Below, in pieces: positions 52,300 through 64,000 of a stretch of DNA of 64,000 nucleotides (its first letter is position 1; each line of letters starts with the position of its first letter). The notes beneath the pieces were generated by a model. That model worked only from the letters and a program-made list of their open reading frames with translations, was not told where the DNA came from and made no database searches. This stretch comes from Octopus sinensis. Lineage: Eukaryota. Position numbers and translations under genes: made by a program. The stretch lies in NCBI RefSeq assembly GCF_006345805.1, contig NC_043002.1, positions 24,676,001-24,740,000 on the forward strand, given 5' to 3'.

Positions 52300-53110
52300 C
52301 TCATGCTGGTGCCATTTATAAAATGCACCTAGTATACCGTTTTTGCAGTTGGTGATAGGAAGAGCATTTAGCCATAGAAACTAGATGTGGTCCTCAAATG
52401 GAATGTCCTAGAACTTTTTAGTGAGCTTGGTATAAACTCCATATGTTGTAACCAGGCTAAGCTATGGACATACAAGAGATGTATGTGTGATCACAGGTAG
52501 ACTTATAGTGAAAGTGTTTCATGTTTTAGGTATACGGGAGAAATACACACTGTACACACTGGAAATAGACTCTCTTAAATGCTTGGTTGGATCACTGGAT
52601 GTAGTCAATAACTTCTGTTACCTAGAGAGAGGATTGTTCAGAAATACAACAGCTAGAGTAAGAACAGGCTGGAGAAAATTCAGATAGTTACTACCTCTGT
52701 TGGTAATGAAGGTTTTTTTCTCACCTCAGAGTGAAGCATAAAGTGTGTGTGAGAACTACTATGCTGCACGACAGTGAGATGTGGGTCTTGAATGCAGAAG
52801 ACTTGCAAAGGCTACAAAGAAAAGATACAAGCTTACTCCAGTGGATCTGTAGTGCTAGTATACATGAATACCAGAGTACAAATGAGCTGAGAGAAAAATC
52901 AGGTGTTGTATGCAAAAGAGAAGGCTATGCTGGCATAGGTATGTGATGATTGTGGAGGATGAATCCTGCAGTGCTGGGCACTTCAAGATGGTGGAACCCA
53001 TGGAAGAAATGGAATGAAGTGGTGAAAGGCTGACTTGAAGATGCTGTATCTCACAGAGGAGTTGACTGGTGATATGGTGCTGCAGAAGACTCATCCAACT
53101 ACAGCCAGAA
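52300..53110 (+). mobile_element. old degenerate RTE fragment
   Basis: Remnants KLWTYKRC, TARVRTGWRKFR, CVRTTMLHDSEMW...EDLQRL collinear with 34130-34850. Confidence 0.8.
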
Positions 53111-53476
53111 GTAGTGTTTATGGGCCGCAATTGTTATATCCTGTCAGGCCTACATTGAAAGTGAAAATAAAATGATGTGGCCGTGTAATGTGGTACCATG
53201 GCTACCATCCTTAACAAATGTGGTTACAAATGGACAAACCCGACCCCTAAAAGAGCTTTAAAAAACCAAAAATAGGATTGAGCAAACTGAAGGAATGGAC
53301 AAAGAGAAAGATAATGGGGGGGGGGGTAGTGTTTCTTGCTGTAAACCTATGGCCTCCTTAGATTATAGTTTTTGATTGATTGATAGCTTCTCTCGTGTGA
53401 AAAAAAGAACCATTTTGTACTGCTTTACAGTATCATTTTGCAACAATGTGTTATCACAACTTTCATGATCATTACA

Positions 53477-54742
53477 TCATTCTCCTGTTTGAAGAACATC
53501 AGAAATCTTGAATTCATTATCAAATGAATAGTTACATTGATAGGTTTCTGCTACATGAATTGTCATATGCTTCTTTAAGTTACTATTAACCAAGAAAGTC
53601 TTACCACAGATTTCACAACTGAATGGTCTTTCTCCTGTGTGAATTGTTTGATGTGTAGTTACATAAGATTTTCTTGAAAATGTTTTACCACAAATATCAC
53701 AGCGGTAAGGTTTCTCACCTGTATGAATTAGTCGATGCCTCTTCAGGTCACCATTATTTGCAAATGCTTTACCACACATTTCACACTGGTATGGCTTCTG
53801 TCCAGTATGAACCATTATGTGTCTCTTTAAGTCATCATTGTCAGCAAACCTTCTACCACAAATATCACAATGGTGTGGTCTCTCTCCTGTATGGATCATT
53901 CTATGTCGAGTTATGTGTGATTTTCTAGAGAAAGCTTTACCACAAATGTCACAGTTATGTCGTTTTTCTCCTACATGAGATTGCTTGTGTTTCTTTAGTT
54001 CTTCACAATTTGTGAAAGTCTCGTTACAAATTTTACACTGTAATGCTTTCTCTCCAATGTGAACCATTTTATGCTTAACTGCATTACCTTTATGTGGAAA
54101 AGCTTTACCACAAATGTCACATTTGTGTGGTCTCTCCCCTGTGTGAATTACTTTATGATGTGTTATGTTCCCTCGACTTGAGAATGCTCTGCCACAAATG
54201 TCACAGTTGTAGGGTTTCTCTCCAGTATGAACCAGTTTGTGACTATTTAACTGAGGTTTTCTAGAAAATGCTTTCCCACAAACCTCACAGCGATGTGGCC
54301 TCTCTCCACTATGGACTATTTTATGTTGAGTCATGTACACTTTACTTGTAAATGTTTTACCACAAACATCACAACTGAATGGTTTCTCTCCAGTATGAAC
54401 CATTAAATGGCTAGCTAACTGGTGTTTCCTGGAGAATGTTTTATTGCAAATGTCACAATGATGTGGCTTCTCTTTAGTATGGATTATTTTATGTTGAGTC
54501 ATATACACTTTACTTGAGAATGTTTTACCACAAACATCACAGCTGAATGGTTTCTCTCCAGTATGAACCATTAAGTGGCTAGCTAACTGGAGTTTGTTTG
54601 CAAATGTTTTTTCACATACGTTGCAATTATGTGGTTTCTCTTCAATATGAGTCTGTATATGCAGGTTAAGCAGTGAATTGCTTGAAAACTGCATGCCACA
54701 AATTTCACACTGGTAGTCTGCCTTTTCAGTATTGTCTTCCAT
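53477..54742 (-). CDS. C2H2 zinc-finger protein, 14 tandem fingers, single coding exon
   Basis: ATG 54742 (MEDNTEK); 14 CxxC-x12-HxxxH units with TGEKP/TGERP linkers; splice acceptor TTTTGTTGTATTTTAG at 54878-54877 upstream; no KRAB/SCAN domain. Confidence 0.95.
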   Translation of the reverse strand: MEDNTEKADYQCEICGMQFSSNSLLNLHIQTHIEEKPHNCNVCEKTFANKLQLASHLMVHTGEKPFSCDVCGKTFSSKVYMTQHKIIHTKEKPHHCDICNKTFSRKHQLASHLMVHTGEKPFSCDVCGKTFTSKVYMTQHKIVHSGERPHRCEVCGKAFSRKPQLNSHKLVHTGEKPYNCDICGRAFSSRGNITHHKVIHTGERPHKCDICGKAFPHKGNAVKHKMVHIGEKALQCKICNETFTNCEELKKHKQSHVGEKRHNCDICGKAFSRKSHITRHRMIHTGERPHHCDICGRRFADNDDLKRHIMVHTGQKPYQCEMCGKAFANNGDLKRHRLIHTGEKPYRCDICGKTFSRKSYVTTHQTIHTGERPFSCEICGKTFLVNSNLKKHMTIHVAETYQCNYSFDNEFKISDVLQTGE

Positions 54743-57199
54743 CAAGTTGTGTTTCTGCAGCAACAACTTAAATATTCAGAATGGTGTGATGCCTATCAGT
54801 ATTTTCCTATGCAAATTTCCAATTTCTCTCACAGGATCTCCAATTCGATAACCACTTTCCAAAATGCAAACATTTCCTAAAATACAACAAAATTAACATT
54901 AACATAGAGATAACTATTAAACTTATAAGAGAATTCATTCAGGAATATCATCATGAAAACCTAACTCTACCATCACCTTTAACAGAACACAATGACATGG
55001 TGTACATCCAACATTTGTTTTACATCAGATTGTATAGTCTGAAAAACAGAAATAGCATGGACACAGGTGGAAAGTTGTTTACATAAAAATGCTTAAATAT
55101 GTGAAAGTCATTTTGTATATAAATCACAATATTTGTATGTACTTTACACAGTATCAGGTGTTTATACTGTACATAGTATTCTGGATAAATGTTCTACACA
55201 CAATTTTTATTAAGTTGGTCAGAGGAAAAGGGCAATGCCTATGACTTTTATATTTATCTTCCAACCCAGTGATTGGTGCTAAGCATCTGCAGAGAAAACA
55301 GAGTGAACCAGAAGCATGGTCTGAATCTTTGCAACAGAATGAACTCAGTACCATGATCAGCCTTGTTCAAGATAAATTATCGAAAGCATTCCAGACTTAA
55401 CCATGTTTCCACAGACATAATGTATCTATGACTACATTTTTTAATAAAGTCTTCTTTTGTTAAAATATCACAATGTGATATGAGTGAGATTTGGTTATTT
55501 CTAGCTAGATAGTGTATAATATCATCATTATCATCATTTAACGTCTGCTTTCCATGCTGGCATGGGTTGGACGGTTTGACTGAGGACTGGTGAACCAGAT
55601 GGCTGCACTAGGCTCCAATCTGATCTGGCAGAGTTTCTACAGCCGGATGCTCTTCCTAAAATAAGATGGGGTGATCATGGCTGGAATACCTTTCATCATT
55701 AATTTGCTTGATTAGAGTTGACCTGAGGCTAAACATCAAGAAAAGAGAGCTTCTAAGTGGTGGTTTGACTGCTAGAAATAGCAGCCAAATGACCCTACTA
55801 TCTTAAACCAAGAAGGTGACATTGGTAGAGGAATACTTCCTCTTAACATTTGAAAACTGAACTGTTTCACCCCTATTCTTTAACTGTTATATTGACATTT
55901 CACTGTGCTTGAATACTTATTACTGTATTTCTTTATTGTCGTAATGAGTGTTGTCATTTGTAATATTATTGCCTTCTTTCAATGACCACTGTGGTCATTA
56001 TTATGGATTGTTACAATTGTTAGAGCATTAGAAAAAAATACCTTTATGTTTTAAGTTTAAATCCAGCCAAGGTCAGCTGCTATTCTTGTACATAAATTTA
56101 ATACAAATATTATGGTACAAATAAAATTCTTTCAATTCAGTTTCAATTTTCATTTATCTGGATAACATATTTCTGTATGTATTAGAATGGAATGTGTTTG
56201 ATCACAGGTTAGCTTGATAACAGCAGACCTGAGACTAAAAAAGAAGACTACTTAGTTTTAGCAAAGAGGAATACACTGGAAAATATGGGCTAAAGTATAA
56301 ATGTATTTGGGGAAAAGAAGACAGGATGGTGAGGACTTGAAGACTTTTGACTATAAGTTCCGCTTGATCTGTGGCCAAACAATAAATACCAACATTAATT
56401 TACATTAACCATTTATGTTCAATGCATCAAACAAACAAAAAATAGTTGAAAAGAAACACTCCAGAGAAGTGGTTGCCATACTAGAGTCTCAAATGTAATA
56501 TATAGTAGCAATTGACAGCCAATATTTTATCTTACCAAGGAGGTGAGCAGGCAGAATCATTAGCATGCTGGATGAAGTGCTTAGTGGCAGCTCGCCTGTC
56601 TTTATGTTCTGAGTTCAAATTCTGCTACGGTCTACTTTACCTTTCAGGTTGGGATCAATGCAATCAACTTACTCCTCCCCGAAATTGCTGGCCTTGTGCC
56701 AAAACTTGGAAGCAATATTCTACTTTATCATAAACTTCTATCTTTCTCCACTCTTAAACATGTTATAAACTTCACCCTTTTGATAATAACCCACCTGACG
56801 CCACCCCTAGTTCCGAGACACAGACTTTAAATTCATCTACACAAAAACTTTCCATTAAAATTCCATATTAGTCTTGTGAGTGGATTTGGTAGATGGAAAC
56901 TGAAAGAAGTCAGTTGTGTGTGTGTGTTATGGGGAAAGGAGCTTTGTGTTTGTCCTCCATTGTCGCTTGACAACTGGAGTTGGTTTGTTTACATCCCCGT
57001 AACTTTTAGTGATTCAACAGAAGAGACTGATAGAGTAGATGGCTTTAAAAAATAAGTAATGGGATTGGTGCATTCAACTAACAACCTTCATTATTATTTT
57101 TTAAAATTAATTAAAACAAAAGCTGTGTATTTCAACAGAAATATGGTGATGAAAGTGTTAACAGGCTTTGGTTCTTTTTTTAAAAATAGTTGATCTATT

Positions 57200-57560
57200 T
57201 AATGATACCAGAAAATTAATAAATGTATCGATAAATCACCAGAGATATGTTTTCAAAATCCATCACCTTTGACACAAAACAGAATTGACAGAAAATGCAT
57301 TTTCACAAACACACAATAAGATATTGCTTAAAATTGATCACTACGATTAATTAACGTGACTTGATTATTATTTTATAGTATAATTTGCCATTATATATGC
57401 AGGCTGATAAATCGCTTGTGTGTGTAAACAATTCTTGTCTGTCAAGACGCTTTTCTCAGTCACTTCTGTTTTATACCGGAGGAGGAAGTCGGCATGGTTA
57501 GCTTTTCAAAACGTACTTCTCCGACAAGCCCACTATACCTATTCACGCATGTGTAAACAT
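57200..57560. promoter_or_regulatory. possible promoter or first-exon region
   Basis: DRE-like TATCGATA 57226-57233, locally raised CpG, GGAAGT, TGTAAACA motifs, minus-strand donor-like GTACGT at 57516; motif-only evidence. Confidence 0.25.
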
Positions 57561-58949
57561 GTTTAGATACCAGTGTTTACATACGTTTCCACACACATAC
57601 ACAACGCATGTATGTTTACAGGAACAAACAATTCTTATTTCATAAAATAGTTCTTGCACACACAATGGCAACGTTTTTTTAACCTTTTCTATCGATTTGA
57701 AGCTTGCTTATCCAAAATTTTATATCTTCGAAGAGAGGACCTTGCTAGGAAACCTCAAAATTCACATTCAAAATGATTGGTGTGAAACCCACGAACTGTA
57801 CGAATTTTGTAACTCAGTTTTACTAACACAAATCATAACTAATTTTCTTAGAATCTATTACATACATATCACGGAAGCTAGTCCTTAAGTACAGTTAGAT
57901 GTTAAGTCTCAGGTCAGCCGTGATCGAGTAGGCCTATAATCAAATACGTCTCAGTCGTGACAACCCGTTTTTTTCGTATTTTAGATACTACATTGTCTAA
58001 TTTATTAGTTACTTAAGACGGTATGATGTGATTAAGGAGAGATTTTGCTGCTGTTTCTAGCAAGTCAGCGATAACATGGAGTAATTGAATGCTTGAAACA
58101 GTCCTTGCTTGACAGACTTAATGGCAAATGGCAGTGAAATAACAAATAGACTGATTATGGGACAAAATGTAATGAAGGTGTTGGGAATTAGGTAAAGAAA
58201 AATTGAGAAATAGTTCATATTGATATATAAGTCGTTAATATATAATACTACTAATAACTTTTTGAGTCATTTGATGACGCCCATTCTAGGGTACCGTACA
58301 TAAAAATGAATTTCGAACATAACGTACAAACAAGGTCACACATTTTGTGGTGAGAGAAAAATGGTCAACTATATTGACCACAGAACTTAAATGGAACTTT
58401 ATTTTACCAAACCCCAAGTAAGATAAAAAGCAAAATGACCATGGCAGGATTTGAACCCGGAACATAAAAAGCTGAAACTGAAAGCATTTTATCCATCACC
58501 TTCTACTTAATATTTTATTAATGTTTAACACACACACGGGATGTAGCCGGCTATATCACACCTTGATATTTTACCGATGCTTTATTTTTGATCGATTCCA
58601 GATGGATAAAAGTCAAAGTCGATCACATCGGCGAAATCTGAACCTAATAATATAACATGTAACGCTTATTATTAGAGTATTATTTACATTCTGAGTTCAA
58701 ATCCTGCCAAGGTAGATTCTGTCTTTCACCCTTTGGGGATCTATAAAATAAAGTACCTGTGGGTTTGATATAATCGAGTATATTCATCCTTTTTACCACT
58801 AAAATATGTTCTTGTTTCCAGTGTTAGAAATCAATTACTCGAAATAAAGCAACAAAAGATGAGGTTAAAAAATCACAGGTTCTGGTTCTTGTTTCATCTT
58901 CAATCGTCGGTCACAGAAAATCAAAATAACAAAAAGGTAAATTTTGAAC

Positions 58950-59400
58950 GGTATCCCCTACCTGTGCTGCATTTAGTTTCTGGCCGTTTGGAATTATATT
59001 GAAGAGATAAGAGATGTGAGAAAGATTAAACGATGACCATAGTTCTTGAACTGGAAACAGAGAAATGTTTCAGAGAACAATGAAAATCAGAAAAATGTGC
59101 TGACATCTAATTTGCATAATCTCGGTCGTTCGCGAAACAAGTTCTCGTTTGTCTGCTGCTACTAGCGAGAGCTTGCGATTTCTGATTGGATGTTTAGCCT
59201 TAGGTCGGCTCTCATTTAACATACCTATGATAAAGGACAACTATTTCAGCCGTGATCGAGATGTATAATAAAAAGCTTTTCAATCGTGGTCATTTCATCT
59301 TATTTTCATTTCAAGCACACTGTAACCTGGACTACGTCAGCCGACGGAGTTTTGGAATAGCTATCACAACCCTATGAAGAATTAAGAGGCACCGAAATTG
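58950..59400. promoter_or_regulatory. possible promoter region (CpG-enriched, CCAAT)
   Basis: TTCGCGAA, CTAGCGAGA, ATTGG 59185-59189; minus-strand donor-like CAG|GTAGGG at 58961; motif-only evidence. Confidence 0.25.
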
Positions 59401-59907
59401 GCTGTGTTGTTATTGTTATTGTTTTTTTCCACGCCCTTCACGTTTAGTATTCCTGTATGTTATTATAACGTGAATTACGATTCTGGAAGAATTTTTTGTT
59501 TTATAAATTTCAATCTTTTACATCACTCCCACCCCAATTTCGGTCCCTTATCTTTCCCCACAATATAATGATAGTTATTCCAAACTCCACTAGTTATCCA
59601 ATGTATCTTTCTTCTAAGCTAGTAAGATTGAAAAATGGAAGGGAACAAGCATTGTCGAACAACTACATAGAGTAGCCCTCGTTGCATTCTAATTCTGTTT
59701 TCTTTTTTTCCGTACCATGATCGATCAGGCGTATAGCCAAAGAAATTTCAACCGTGACCACCCTACTCCATTTTTTCTAGCATGGTGTATCTAGGATTAC
59801 GTTATCCAATGTATCCTTTTAAAGACAGTTGGGTATGATTTGAAAGACTTGGGCTGCTATTTCTAGCAGTTCCAATGACCACATATAGGGTCACTTTATT
59901 ATTATTA

Positions 59908-60300
59908 TACTCTTTTACTTGTTTCAGTCATTTGACTGCGGCCATGCTGGAGCACCGCCTTTAGCCGAGCAAATCGACCCCGGGACTTATTCTTTGTAAG
60001 CCCAGTACTTATTCTATCGGCCTCTTTTGCCGAACCGCTAGGTGACGGGGACATAAACACACCAGCATCGGTTGTCAATGCTAGGGGGACAAACACAGAC
60101 ACACAAACACACACACATACATATGTATACATATATACGACAGGCTTCTTTCAGTTTCCGTCTACCAAATCCACTCACAAGGCATTGGTCAGCCCGGGGC
60201 TATAGCAGAAGACACTTGCCCAAGATGCCACGCAGTGGGACTGAACCCGGAACCATGTGGCTGGTCAGCAAGCTACTTACCACACAGCCACTCCTGCGCC
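59908..60300 (-). mobile_element. SINE family A
   Basis: Full reverse-complement copy ending CCACTCCTGCGCC. Confidence 0.92.
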
Positions 60301-60354
60301 TATGTTGTTTTTTTTTTTTAATTTTGATTTCTAGTTTGAAATTGTTAAATTAAC

Positions 60355-60519
60355 AGAGTGGCTGTGTGGTAAGTAGCTAGCTTACCAACCACATGATTCC
60401 GGGTTCAGTCCCACTGCGTGACACTTTGGGTAAGTGTCTTCTACTATAGCCTCGGGCCGATCAAAGCCTTGTGAGTAGATTTGGTAGATGGAAACTGAAA
60501 GAAGCCCGTCGTATATATG

Positions 60520-60550
<31 letters not shown>

Positions 60551-60762
60551 ATATATTTGTGTGTCTGTGTTTGTCCCCCCAACATCGCTTGACAACCGAT
60601 GCTGGTGTGTTTACATACCCATAACTTAGCGGTTTGGCAAGAGAGACCAATAGAATAAGTATTAGGCTTACAAAGAATAAGTCCTGGGGTCGATTTGCTC
60701 GACTAAAGGTGGTGCTCCAGTATGACCACAGTCAAATGACTGAAACAAGTAAAAGAGTAAAA
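60355..60762 (+). mobile_element. SINE family A
   Basis: Full copy, divergent from the 59908 copy, 54-bp gap. Confidence 0.92.
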
Positions 60763-63545
60763 TTGAAGTGCTCTTAAAAATAGGAATATGAGTTTGTTTA
60801 GAGGAAGCAACAAATTATCGTTATAAAATTAAATTTGAATTTTAAGTAGAAAAATTCAAGTTTGGATTAAAAAATTTCAGATTTTTCTTTAACAGTGAAT
60901 TTGAATTTGAATTTCAGTTTCTGTCAGAGACTATTTACATTTCAAGTTGTTAAATTGTGTTTTATTAATATTTTAAATTATGTTTTCTTTTTAAGTTTTA
61001 AGCATTGCTGTGTGTAACAATTAAACTAAAGTTCATTATTAGAAGCTTTTGTTTCCTAATTTTTTTTTTATTTCTCTAATTTGAATGCTTATGGCTTTGA
61101 GGGTAAGATCATCAGTGCAACACCAAGTGGTTTCAGTTCCCAGACTGTGTGGTAAACTGTGTATTCATAAAAACACTTCATTTCATGCTGCTCTAGTCCA
61201 TTCAACTGTACATAAATTCCAGCAATAGCTGGGAAGTTAACCCTACAATGGACCAGCATCCCATTCAGAGGAAGAGTTTTAACCCCAATCACTTATATGC
61301 CATGGAAACTGGATTAAGCCCTAGGGTTTATGATAGACTTAAGTCTGTGTTTCTAATCCATCACCATCATCATTTAAGGTCCATTTTCCATGCTGGCATG
61401 GGTTAGACAGTTTGACTGGAAATGGTAAGCTGGAGAGCTGCACCAGGCTCCAGTCTGTTTTGGTTTGGTTTCTATAGTTGGATGTCCTTCCTAATGCCAA
61501 ACACTCTACAGAGTGTACTGGGTACCGTTTATGTGTCACTGGCATGGTTACCGTTTATGTGTCACTGGTATGGGTGCCATTCATGTGTCACTGGCTTTGG
61601 CCACAACCACAATTTCACTTTGATGTGTCTTCTCAAACACAGCAATTTGCACAGAAGTCTCAACATCCAAAAATCATATTTCACCACCTCGTCTTATATT
61701 TTCATTGGTCTACCTTTTCCAAAGATTCTTGGGGAGAATTTTGCTGATTGAAACAGCTGAACAGATGTACCTTAAATATCTGTTTTTGCTAATAATGTTA
61801 GTAAATTACAATAATCAGCAGAACTGATAAACTAGCGAGGGTCTGCATCAGTAACAACTAGAGCTAGCAACAAAATGTGCTTCAAATTATAGAGCCTTAA
61901 ATAAGACACATTAAATAATGTAATGCTAGATATACTATGCCTGAATAGAAGACAGGATCTCAGAGCTGGACCACTCTTGATCATAGCACTGCTAGATAAA
62001 GGCTGACTTGGGCTAAGCAAAGCAAACATTTTTTAAAAATTTGTTTCTTTACTAAGAGAGTGGTTAGTGCTTCTGAGATGAGAGGCACAGTTAATATTCA
62101 GTTAGAATATCTAGGCAAATGGTTTGAGAAAAATGTGAGCTATGTGAGTTAACAAAGGAACTTCTACTAGCTTACTAAACCAGCTACAACTAGCAGCCAA
62201 ATCTTCCTCAAACTACAACCTATCTTAAGAGAAAAGGACCCACTAGATAATAAAGTAGTTTTAGATATGCTGTGCCTGATAAAAAAAAAAAAGATGGGCA
62301 TGGCTAGAGCCTCTTTGATTATAGACTTCCTTGATCAGGGTTGATCTGAGCTAAAACAACAAACACTGAAATATAAATGAAGAGGTGTGTAGATGTATGG
62401 CTAGTTGTGCTGTGAGATAGAGTAGAAATCTTTTCTTCTCCAACAAAAGACTGTTTAAAACATTAGTTTCCACTTCATCTCATGGAACACCAAAATAAAA
62501 CTCTCCAGTTTTTATTCATCAGAAATGTTGTTGGACACAAATTCCCAATTCTTTTTTGCCACTGATAGCAATATAAAATTAAGAAACAGAATTCAGATTA
62601 ATCTGCAGGATGCTGCTCATATAATTCAGTAACATCCTATAGAAATTAAAAACTTTCAAATTATAAATATTATACTTAACAAATATAAAGCAGCTGTTAG
62701 TGTATAATTATAAAACTTTCAATCCCAATGAACAGATTTGTTAGTACAAATTTAAAAGAGGATTTTAATAAGTATCATCATTCTAAGGTATTTTATGGGA
62801 CAAGGAATGTAGCATCTAGAAGGAACAACAAGGATTTTTAATAAAAAGATCCTGAGTTTTGAACTGTGATGGTATGTGGTCTAATATGGTAAGCAAGTTG
62901 TGTTCCATAACCACCAGCCAAATTGCTGTGAGAGAAATGACATTTTCAATACTTTGGTCAGAGGTCATTTTCAAAGTAAAGATGACAGGAGAGAAAAAGG
63001 AAAGACAATCAATTTCAGAAACAGAGGACATAAAATATTAAAGTTGGACAGCCTTCTCTCCATGGCAATTATACTATACTTTTTCTGTTGCTTTATATAC
63101 ATAAATTATAGGCATCACTTGTGAGTATGACCTGGTAACATGTGCCATCCTTAATTGTTATAGGTGCCTGTGTAGTTACAAACAGACACAGGCACTCTCA
63201 GTTTCTCCTTGACAGCTGGAGGGAGAAAGGGTACCCATTTTTAACTGAGGAGACTGAAGCAATGTGAAATATATGCTTTGCTCAAAGATACAACTCACTT
63301 CTTAGTCCATGAATCAAACTCATATCATTATGAAAGTGGGCCTAACATCCTAATCCCTGGGCTATGTGCCTTCACTTAAAATCTATACCAGAGAGAGTGT
63401 GTGTTAAGACAACATGTTCATGCTTAAGTTGTAAATAAATTTATATGTGTACATTTAATAAGCATACATTTGTGTTCATACATAAATTGACAGTAAACTC
63501 TATGGTAAATCTCCAAGGCTCTGCAGACTAGAACAAAGAACAAAC

Positions 63546-63659
63546 TTGAGATTTGTTGATTGTTGTCACCTCGTCAGGAGTATTGCATTCATCCAATCTA
63601 CAGAAACTTTGTATTGATGGGAGTTTTGCCACTGGGTTGACATTGGATTGCTGGTGTGG
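63546..63659 (-). CDS. candidate coding exon 2 of an unidentified minus-strand gene (PHQQSNVNPVAKLPSIQSF...INKSQ)
   Basis: Strong acceptor TTTATGTTTCTTATTCTACAG after an 80-nt intron; open in phase 0; 3' end uncertain (weak GTTTGT donor or stop 6 codons later). Confidence 0.45.
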
Positions 63660-63739
63660 CTGTAGAATAAGAAACATAAACTGAACTATGAGAATATGTA
63701 CTAATGAATTACTTGAAAAAATAAGGTATAATGGCTTAC

Positions 63740-63790
63740 CGTGTGGTTGGTGGAAGTAATTGGAGAATATGCTTTGATACTTAAGTCCAT
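63740..63790 (-). CDS. candidate first coding segment MDLSIKAYSPITSTNHT in exon 63911-63740
   Basis: ATG 63790, 17 codons, ACG|GTAAGC donor; acceptor TTTTGTAG at 63913-63912; upstream part has stops in all frames. Confidence 0.45.
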
Positions 63791-63905
63791 GCAGGAAACT
63801 GCTTTCTTGATGTAGTCTTAGGCTTTGTTGGCATTATGCTGAAGTGGTATCCGTCTTCACCATTCACAAAGAGCAGTGGATGCTGGAGCACATTGTAGGA
63901 TGTAG
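63785..63905 (-). mobile_element. Helitron RepHel coding remnant
   Basis: SYNVLQHPLLFVNGEDGYHFSI then, after a frameshift, KAVSCMD; resembles the recalled Helitron motif SYDALQYPL...GEDGY...KKVS.MDFY. Confidence 0.6.
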
Positions 63906-64000
63906 GAATTCCTACAAAACCTCATAGTAAACATTTGTGGAACAAATGCAAATAGATTTTTTTTTGCTTCCCACTCTATAGCAGCCAACATTTAATTGCT

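Noticed and set aside
55268-55400. Plus-strand peptide VIGAKHLQRKQSEPEAW...KAFQT* after an acceptor-like site
   Set aside because: Only ~44 codons, no partner exon or recognisable homology; compatible with chance.
63546-63790. Splicing the right-edge exons directly onto the ZNF exon at 54876
   Set aside because: A phase-0 join reads EMFAFW...IL* and stops before the fingers.

Overview
Eukaryotic, AT-rich, microsatellite-dense animal DNA. The SINE families, RTE tails, long (TA)n tracts and single-exon C2H2 gene resemble octopus/coleoid cephalopod sequence (inference). Genes: the last five coding exons of a TMEM132-family gene (+, 11425-22866, all splice phases consistent), a 14-finger C2H2 zinc-finger gene (-, 53477-54742), and the likely 5' exons of another minus-strand gene at the right edge. 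The middle (about 31.4-48.8 kb) is a retrotransposon nest of an RTE LINE, two CR1/L2-like LINEs and two Penelope-like elements, mostly separated by blocks of one (TA)n-TGTTTG satellite. Tc1/mariner remnants, MITEs, a non-autonomous Helitron and many SINEs are scattered throughout. Best leads: (1) both CR1-like LINEs carry an in-frame U-UUU-UUA/G slippery heptamer exactly where the -1 (ORF2) frame opens, suggesting -1 ribosomal frameshifting in non-LTR elements; (2) minimal hammerhead-ribozyme motifs in both Penelope termini (one with a compensatory U3-A8 pair) and inside a tRNA-headed SINE present as a head-to-head dimer; (3) a 755-bp inverted-repeat element with a DIRS-like layout; (4) a Helitron-derived exon that appears to supply a start codon. 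No prokaryotic systems, CRISPR arrays or rRNA were seen. No database searches were run; family assignments rest on recognised motifs.
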